Origin: Paraspadella gotoi
Lineage: Eukaryota > Animalia > Chaetognatha
Reading direction: 5' to 3'
NCBI GenBank assembly: GCA_051294375.1
Contig: CM119264.1
Coordinates: 13,474,813-13,538,812, forward strand
Length of the DNA: 64,000 nt
Shown here: positions 55,401 through 64,000 of the stretch, piece after piece
How positions within the stretch are numbered: position 1 is the stretch's first letter
Layout of the letters: the number at the start of each line of letters is the position of its first letter
The notes under the pieces: generated by a model
Database searches by the model: none
The model's input: only the letters and a program-made list of their open reading frames with translations
What the model was told of the DNA's origin: nothing
Made by a program: the position numbers and the translations under genes

Positions 55401-58400
55401 CCTTCCTCAGCTCATTCTCGTCTTCTCTGGCGAGCAACTTGAAATCGGGAGGGATCGTCGGTTCCGTTGCCGCCCGGGGTCTCGTCTCCTCCCCCTCCTC
55501 TTCTTCCTCTCTCTCTCCCTCTACCTCCCTCGTCGCGACGTCGTCGAGAGAGTTGGCGGGGGAGTGGGCGAGAGTCTCCACGCTGCCTCGAGGGGTGAGC
55601 GTGCCCTCGTGGGAGGATGCCGAGGAGTGTAAAGGGTGAGGGGATAAAAGGTCTGAGGGTGAGAGAAGTGGGTAAGGGATATGGGGGATGTGTGGAGCGA
55701 TTGGGAAAGAGCGAAGAAAAAACATTTAAAGAGAGAGAAAAAACATAAATAAATAAATATATTTACAGTTATTAAGAATTGCTGAAGAGTTGCTGAATAT
55801 CGTATTGTACTTTTGAACCGTAAATACTATAAAGTATATCCCCGCAGCCTCTCGTTTCAGTTATTTTCAGCTCAGTGCATTTCCAACCACAACTTATTCT
55901 TTCTCCATTTCCTTATCTTCATTCGACTTTCCCCTTTTTTTTCTCTCGTTATCGATTTAATTCAATCCGCGGCGTTTTTTCTTTCTTCTTTGTTTTTCCC
56001 CCTTTCTTTCCAAATTCAGTATTCAGGTTTTATTTATTCACTTTGCTATCTCTGCTTCTTACTTTATTTTTTCTAAACCTTTAAATATGGTTTTCTTTTG
56101 ATCTTTTTTACTTTCTGGATATTAAATAATTCATTACACTGCCTCACCCCCTCTCGAGATTTCTATCCTCTGCTCTTGGTGGCCTCAATATTTAAAGTCT
56201 TTCATCTTTTTCTTTTTTTTTTTAGTTGAAGGAAGTTGTCTGGTTTCGATTAAAGATGAAGGAAAGCTCAAAAATGCGTTTGGAGAGAAACCATACTTTA
56301 GGGCCACACGACAGGACAAATTATCGCCTGTTATTTGCTAGTTTCAGAACTTCGGATCTGACTGTAGTCCGCCACTACAGGTGGGTTAGAGGCATACAAG
56401 CATCGACTCCAATGGGGCACGAACCCAAGACCGCTTGGTGGGAAGAGAGCATTCTCGATCTTACGCCACTGGGGCTGCGCTGATGGACTCAGGCGGGTGG
56501 CGATAGTGAATGTGTTGACACAATACCATTTTTTTTTATCCGCGCTCTATGTATCGTCTCTGAGCCATTTTAGATTTTGACGTCAAAGTTAATCGAATAC
56601 TGAGGTTGAGACAGGAATTCTTTCAAACACAAAGTGCCGTGAGGCACGAAAAAGAAAATAAGGCGTGAAAAGAGACGTGTAAAAAAATATTGGTCGTGAC
56701 CCTTAAAATATAAAAATTAAAAAAGAAAAAAGAAAGAAAAATTGTTCACGTAAAGTATTGGCAGTTCTCCCTTTTTTCTTCAAGAAACAAGAGAGCTGAA
56801 TCCAGCGTTCAATACAAGAAGCTTTTTTTTTTCTCCCCCATCTGTTGATCTTTATGCTACTCCTTTCCCTCCTTCTTTCCTTTTTCCTCTTTCCCTTTTT
56901 CGCTTTCAAGCTCCCAAAACATATGATTTAAATGACGAAACCTTTTAATGTTCCAATTTTGTCCTTTTTAGCATAGTTTTTAATGCAATATCCAGACAGA
57001 AAAGCCTCTTATAAAGTCGTTTGTCCACGCGTAAAAAAAAACAAAATATGGACGTATGTAGGAAGGATAAAGTCATTTGTTTTTAAACAAAAAAATAGAA
57101 TTAAAGAGAGAAACTCGGACTTGCAGAAAAATTCAGACATTTCTAAATCTTGATTGAAAACCTCATTCAATAACAGAAAACGCAAAGAGGGAAAAAGCCA
57201 TAAAAACTCCTATGATCATGACTAATTTCAAATAATTTTAGATTTTTCGATTAAAAAAAAAAATAAAATCGTTGTTGTAAATTTGTAATAAAACAATTTT
57301 TTTCCCCGCTATTTTCGATTTGTAAATAGTTAATATCCAAGATAGTTCATGCAGAATAGCGTCACACTCTCTCCACTTCATCACTCCAGTGACAATCCCA
57401 CGCCATTTTATCACTTCAGTGACTTACTTCGAGGAAGAATCTCCTCCGGATTAAGGAAAGACTTCGACGTCTTTTCTTTGTCGTAAGTCAGTAAATCCAT
57501 TCCTGACCCCAAAAAAAAAAAAAAAAAAAGAGAAAGAAAAAATTATTAAACGCTGCGCTACAAGTGACTTTGTACCTCAGCCAAGAAATTCAGATTAATT
57601 TTTTTTCAGATTCATAAAAGCAAAATAAAATATATAAATGACTTTCCTTGAAAGAATTTTGTTTTTTTAATAAAATATTTTCTAATTAATGGGTAAAAAA
57701 TTATATATAGGCAGCTGGGGGCGCAACTTATTTAGTTTTCATCCTCTGATTGATTAAATCTTCGTCTGTTTTGTTTTTGACATAATACTTTTTTGAAAAA
57801 AATCAATCAATCAATATATAGCAATGAGGTTCCCGGTTCGTACGTATTCGAATCAGAACTGTAGCGGGAAAGTTTTTGACCTCTTCCTGTCACGCACGCA
57901 AATTCAGCCTCTTTTAATCACTCAGTCCTTCGCTCACCTTCGACGGTTGGAGGAGAGAGGCGAGGCGACTGAGTGGATTGACCTGATTCTCGACGAGACA
58001 CGGCGTCTCCTATCGGCCGAAGCCAAAGTCCGTCTCCCTGATCGAGAAAAAAAATAATTACGTAACAGGTTTGGCAATTTGACTTCAGTGGAGATCCTGA
58101 TTATTATTATTAGTAAGAACGAAAATAAAATTTGTTCGCCATTTTTATCTCGACCACCTCCACTCTTTATTTCTAGTGCTTTCAAACAGCATTTAGTAAT
58201 GATACAACGTAGACAATATCGGTATGAAATCGATGGTTAATTAACGCTCCTTGGCATCGGTTGAAATCACGCACCGTGTGCTCCTTGACGTTGACCATCC
58301 AATCAGGGGGCGTGTCACTTCCGTCCGCGTCAACCGAATCGTCCATCGAGGAAGAATCTCGCGACCAAGTGGACGTGGAAGACTAGATTGGGTAACGGGG

Positions 58401-60152
58401 GCGGGGAGGTGGAGCGGGGAGGTGGAGCGCGGGGATTACAAAAAGTAGGAAAAGAACGAGATCGGAAGTGGGTCGCGGATGTGGCGGAAAGGAGTAGAGG
58501 AAAGGAATATAAATCAAAGCTGATTACTGCAATAAAAGAGACTGAGAAAAATGAGAGGAGGGAAAAAGGAAAGTTAAGCAATGAGCAAAGGTTCTCAACT
58601 GAGGGGGGGGGAGAAAGGAGGGAATCTTGGAAATCGATTCTCGAAATTTTATGGGAAGGAGAGAAGAGGAGCAAGAATAGAGAATAAAAATGAAGGAAGA
58701 TAAAATAAGCGAGCTCTTCATTAGGCAGAAATTCGCATACGTAGATTATACGGATTATACGGATTCAATTTAATCTGAGAACAAAAACGCATTCACAGTT
58801 TTAATGGAAAGGAAAAAAAATTCATGGCATATGCGTAGATATGAGAATTATAATGGGATGTTATATTGATTTTAACAATGATTTTGACATTTTCTAAAAT
58901 TTAAAAGGGAAGTAACTTGGTCTTTTAATTTTTTTTTCATTTTTAATCAATATTATATATATATATATATATATACTATATTTGATCAATATTTCCGCTA
59001 TGTCCATCTGTCGAGAGATACGTAATTGACCTGATTAAAAACGTATTATTAAGGACATTTGACTCGATTTATAACCTACAAACTTAGCATGAAGACATGG
59101 ATATTTAGAAGTAGCTCCATGTATCTTTTACTTGAATTACTATATTTAAATATTACACGCAATATGGTTCTTACAATAAGCCTAATTTAAACGGAGACAA
59201 AAATTTGTTTTTCCCCCGTAATAATGATAAACCGATTCTCTACGTTTGAGTCATCCCCCGATTCTATTACCTCACCTTTTTATCTTTGAAGAGACATTAA
59301 TTATTGTTATGTGTTAGTGACAGAACCGTTCAATATAAGCAGTCCCTGAGCTTCGCATCACGCTTTAACACCATGTTACAGGCGTGTTAAGCGCCCCGTC
59401 CCTCTTAACTGCCAGACGACCACCGGGCTAGAACCGCGGACCTTTGGGTTGGGAGTCGAATGACTTGCCTCCGGCACCAATGGCCGCTGACGAACGGTTG
59501 GTGGATTTTAGTCCACCATATCTTTATCTTTGATCTGTGATTTAATGACATACTTTTTAGGCTCTACCACGGAATCGAAGATGTAGATTCGAAGTAGGAA
59601 AAAAAAAAATTCCAAAAAATAATCATGATGTTGCAATATGTAAACGAAAGCTTTAGAGATGTCTGTAAGATTATTGCGTTTATCTTCTGTTGAGATAATG
59701 AAACTTATTTGTGTCGAACTGAAATTTTAATAAAAAAAAGTATGGTGACGTTCGTGTCTCATTCAATATCGAGACTTTCCTGTTTGCGATTCAATTAACG
59801 AAAAAAAAAAACGACCTTTAGATAATTACTTCGTTTTGCGGATGCGATAGTTGGAAAGCTAAATTGCTAAAATTATACTCGGGTTATAATGATAAACGGT
59901 TGTTAAATGCTATTAGTGCGATGACGATGATGCGGATAATCATCACGGGAGAGTTTGAAAAAAGAAGTACGATGCGAACGAGTGATAATGGGAAAGTAGA
60001 AGAAGAAGCGGATTAGATATTTACTTGATCGTCGATAACGAGGGAAGGAATAGAGACTACAAAATCACGAAGAACCTTGGGGTGACAATTGGGTGACAGG
60101 GGTGACACAGGGGGAGGGAGCCGACAGATTTCCGTGAAACGAATGAACGGGG

Positions 60153-60220
<68 letters not shown>

Positions 60221-62215
60221 AGAAGAGAGAGAAGAGAGAGAGAAATTTTACTAAAAAAGTTATAGATTTTTTAACCTTTAAGAATTTATTGAAATAACAT
60301 TTTATTAATCGGTTTTTCGTTAAAATTTTTTTTTTTTTTGCCGATTTTTTTCTCCGCCATTTCATTTCGCTCGACATAATACTTTTCCATCTGCCAGTTG
60401 TATTGATTATCGTTGGTGGCTACAGCCTTCATTACTGTCGGTCGACAGCAACGGAAATTTTCCGCTCGAAGGATTAAAAAATCAGAGTGGAATCAGATCA
60501 ATAGAGAATCTGTTTTCTTTCTTTCTCTGACATTTCAATATCTTTCTCCGCCGCTCTTTTAAAATTTAATTGGTTAAATCGTAGTATAAATTTTATTTAA
60601 CTTCTTCGCAAAAAAAAAAAAAATTTAGTTAAACATTATTTAAATACTTTACCCTAAACAAATTCCTTTTGACGGCCGCTTCGCTTCCGCTCCCGGTGGA
60701 AACGCTTCCGCTGTCGTTTCCGCTCCCGCCGTCCTCGCTTTCCGCTTCCGCCTTCGCGTTCGTCCAGTCATCGGCGTCGCTCGCCTTCGACGTTTCGTCT
60801 TCCCCGCCTCCTCCTCCTCTTCCTCCACCTTTCTCGCCGCCCTCTCCTCCAATTTCCACCGACGGCGCCGCCTCCTCCGCGTCTTCCTCAACCGCCCTCT
60901 TTCGATGCATCGTCTCGAAGTAGGACGCCCTCTCGCGTCGGTTCGACGTCGCCGGGGTGATTGTTTTCGCGTCTCGAAAGTCTTGATCGTAATAACCTTA
61001 GATGGGTGAAAACGAAGGGGAGGGGGGGGGAGAGTGCATTAAATATTGGGCAACTGTGCGCACCATCCCCTACTAAGTAAACTCCGTCTACGGTAAGTTC
61101 TGTCTGACTGCATTCAATAAATACGAAAAGATATAAAAAATTTAATCTTTACTCTAGTCTACAATATACATTATATACAATATACAATATATATTACATA
61201 ATAATGATAATATATATATACAATACATTATACAATATACGTCAAACGTATCCTAATCTCCAAAATATCAACGATAACCACAACAACAACAAAGACGTTA
61301 GCTACGTTCAAATACCTTGCTTATGCAGCTCCATCTGATTCTCTGGAAGTAGAACGCTCATGTTTCCATAGCAACCTCGCAACCGTAGATTGAGTGGGGA
61401 TGCGTAGTCGCGAAGGAGAACGTCGTAATCCATGAGGCCTGCGTCGGTGGCGCGGCGGCTGCGGTCAAAATTCCAGGGGGCGACGGAAATGCTGTTTTCT
61501 CTGGAGGTTGGGGTGAAGGGTATAGTCGTTCTGGCTCGATAGCGAGGCCCTGTGATATTTTCCGTCATCCACCCTACTAAACTCTCTTATAGTGTAGTCG
61601 TTCTGGCTCGATAGCGAGGCCCTGTGATATTTTCCGTCATCCACCCTACTAAGCTCTTATAGTGTAGTCGTTCTGGCTCGATAGCGAGGCCCTGTGATAT
61701 TTTCCGTCATCCACTCTACTAAGCTCTTATAGTGGGGTAGTGGAGGGTAAATGATTGTCATGACCAAAAACTGCGCCTCAGTGCAAAGATGTAAGTTAAA
61801 AATAAAACGAGGTTATCTCAGAGAAAACAACGACCGTAGAGAACAAGATTAAACATTATGAGTGCAGATAATTATTTTTAGACAAAAGAGGATAAAATTT
61901 AAAACGATTTACGTTTGAACGACGTTCAAAATGACCGTACCTGTCAAAATCCGCGCTCCCGAAAAAAGGAATAGACATTCGGTTCGGAGACGCGACGAAG
62001 CTGCCCCGAGATAAGCCAGCCATCGACAATGCCCACGTGTAACGTTGCTGCTGCTGCTGTTGCATAAGGAGATGCTGCTGCTGTTGTTGAACGAGTTTAG
62101 AGAGATAGGGAGGCGAAGTCGGTTGATTATCTCCACCGGAAGTCGAAGCGGAACTACTACGTCTGGCCCGATCCTCTTGGCTGTTGATAAAAGGGGGGAG
62201 GAGAGGAGGCGGGAG

Positions 62216-62251
<36 letters not shown>

Positions 62252-62523
62252 GAGATGGAGGGAGAGAAAGAGGATGTTATGGAAATAGAATGTTTTTTCT
62301 TGTAGGAAAAATCAAGGCCTTATTCCATTATAATATGAATTAATAAGGCAAGAAAGCTTTTTTATGGATTAAATATGGGTTGTATCGTTTTAGATGAAGT
62401 TAATTTCTGAGCAGAAACTATGAATTTTAGTTCTGGTGATACAATTCTGTAAAAAATTTCCGAGCTGAGCCTTAACTCTGGCTCGACTGACGAGTGAGAG
62501 TGAAAGAGAGGGAAAGGACGAAA

Positions 62524-62607
<84 letters not shown>

Positions 62608-63231
62608 ACGAATTCTGTATTAAAAAAATCAGTTTCATTCATTAGCCTTATTTATCATTTTAGTTCCGACTGCCGTTGACGGATTTTAGTTTATACTATT
62701 TTTTAAAATTTTATTTCCTAAACTTAGACAAAACTGGTGCAGCCAGCAGTACACAATTCTAACAATATTTTCGTTTAGTTTTTTCTCTCTTTTATTATTG
62801 TTTGATTCTGAAAACGAAACGATTGGGGTTGTTTATTGTTTCATGAAAATTATTTTATACATATTTTCGCGGTTGAGCAGAGTTGAGCAGAGTATTACCT
62901 CAGAAATGCCTTTAATTGTAAAGCTTCCAAAACCACCTTACCTTTCAACCGTTCTTTGTCTTTCACGGGAGACAAACGTTGTTCCGGCCGTGGATTCTAA
63001 TGGCCTGATTTGTTGGCGTGCGCCACTATCTTTTCCTCCCATACTTCCTGTTATTTCCCCTCCTCTCTCTCCGCCGCCTCCTTCGCTTCCTCCATCTCTT
63101 GTTTCTCTTTTTGCGTCGTCTGCTACAGCGCCCCGCGCCCTCCCTCCCTTTGCTTCTCCACCGCTGGTAACCGAAATCGCCAAAACAGGGTCTTTGTAAC
63201 TTTGATGGCGATTACAGTCATTTGGTTCCAT
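52429..63231 (-). CDS. Large (~1005 aa) Ser/Glu-rich disordered protein with a C-terminal coiled coil; family uncertain
   Basis: 13 GT-AG exons, all phase-consistent: 63231-62942, 62180-61941, 61500-61316, 60996-60653, 58382-58275, 58037-57938, 57502-57428, 55652-55260, 55121-54802, 53928-53880, 53595-53470, 53302-53178, 53091-52429 (3018 nt). Confidence 0.78.
56395..56480 (-). mobile_element. tRNA-derived SINE head
   Basis: Minus strand gccccagtggcgtaag...ttgggttcgtgcccc (A-box and B-box-like). Confidence 0.5.
59340..59488 (-). mobile_element. tRNA-derived SINE fragment
   Basis: Minus strand gcggccattggtgccggag...tcccaacccaaaggtccgcggttctagcccgg. Confidence 0.5.
61523..61735. repeat. Intronic tandem repeat, 70-72-nt unit x3
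   Basis: tagtcgttctggctcgatagcgaggccctgtgatattttccgtcatccaccctactaa...tcttatagtg repeated three times, nearly identical. Confidence 0.95.
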
Positions 63232-64000
63232 AGCGGTAATTATTCCGTTTTTTTGGGCGAGTGGAACCAAGGGTGAAGTCCGTCGCCAAAAGTCTACGTT
63301 ACGCCGTATCTCAGCATGTCAAAGCACGTTTAAACGTTCAACTGAACAAAAAATGTACAAATTTGAACAAAATTAAATGTAAAAAAGTAAACGCACCGCA
63401 AATTTTTAGCAATTGAAGGCAATGAAAAACGTATTGTTTAATTAGTATTTCGGTCTGTTTGATAACATTTCGAATGAAATGTTTTTTTTCTTCGTTGCAA
63501 AACAATTGTGACGAAGCTTCGAATGAAATTTCCTACATTTTGTGTCGTACAGATTCTGATGCAGTAAATCTTAATTACCAATTAACAACGGACATAGTTC
63601 ATTATTCCAGGATTTTACATCGAGAGATCCGGGTCCAAAAAAAAATAAAATATTTAATGTTTAGAAAAAGAAATGTTTTATCTCTCTATTGCTTTTATCA
63701 TACTGTTGATCGAAAAAAGATATATCAACAGAAAAACTGGCAAACGTTGACTTCTCTAGTTTCTAACGTTTATATAAGAATGAAAAATATTATTCCTCAA
63801 GATTCGATAAAAAACGAACCAAGATTATTGTTTTTTATTGCCTAATGCTCATTCATAAACTGGATAATTCTCCTAAATGTAGATATTTTACTATACTACG
63901 AAATACTTATTCCGGTCGATTCCGTTGGGTCTCCACCTCCCGAAAACCATTATTGAATCCAGTCTCCAATGAACTAAATAAAAGGTCATAAGTACTAGAT

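Noticed and set aside
56395-56480. Possible tRNA genes at the SINE heads
   Set aside because: No complete cloverleaf or acceptor stem; treated as SINE-derived
58376-58390. miR-7-like tggaagactag
   Set aside because: Only an 11-nt match, overlapping an exon acceptor on the opposite strand, with no hairpin

Overview
Intron-rich, microsatellite-rich genomic DNA from an invertebrate animal, with an N-gap at 57-203. I rebuilt the gene models by hand from splice sites and codon phase. They are: a clear Wnt6 (+, exon 1 not found) lying tail-to-tail with a very divergent Wnt9-like gene (-); a secreted 400-aa protein with 44 Cys (-); a Ly6/Quiver-type three-finger protein with an unusual N-terminal TM anchor plus a GPI-like tail (+), interrupted by a 1.9-kb purine minisatellite; a possible small acidic gene (-); a protein with a SPEF2-type CH domain (-), head-to-head with a PIR1/PIR2-like RING E3 ligase (+); and a ~1005-aa largely disordered protein (-). 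Repeats include a Tc1-type MITE, tRNA-derived SINEs, a Penelope-like palindrome carrying a hammerhead-like core, and many mini- and microsatellites. The most notable observations are: (1) the Wnt9-like protein keeps the acylation serine but has lost two Cys pairs, including the WCC tip of the Frizzled-binding index finger; (2) the Ly6 protein has a tetherin-like double-anchor topology and its exon 1 splices from inside a minisatellite; (3) three phase-forced GC-AG introns occur, and two first coding exons lack an ATG. Family assignments rest on recalled motifs, not database searches.
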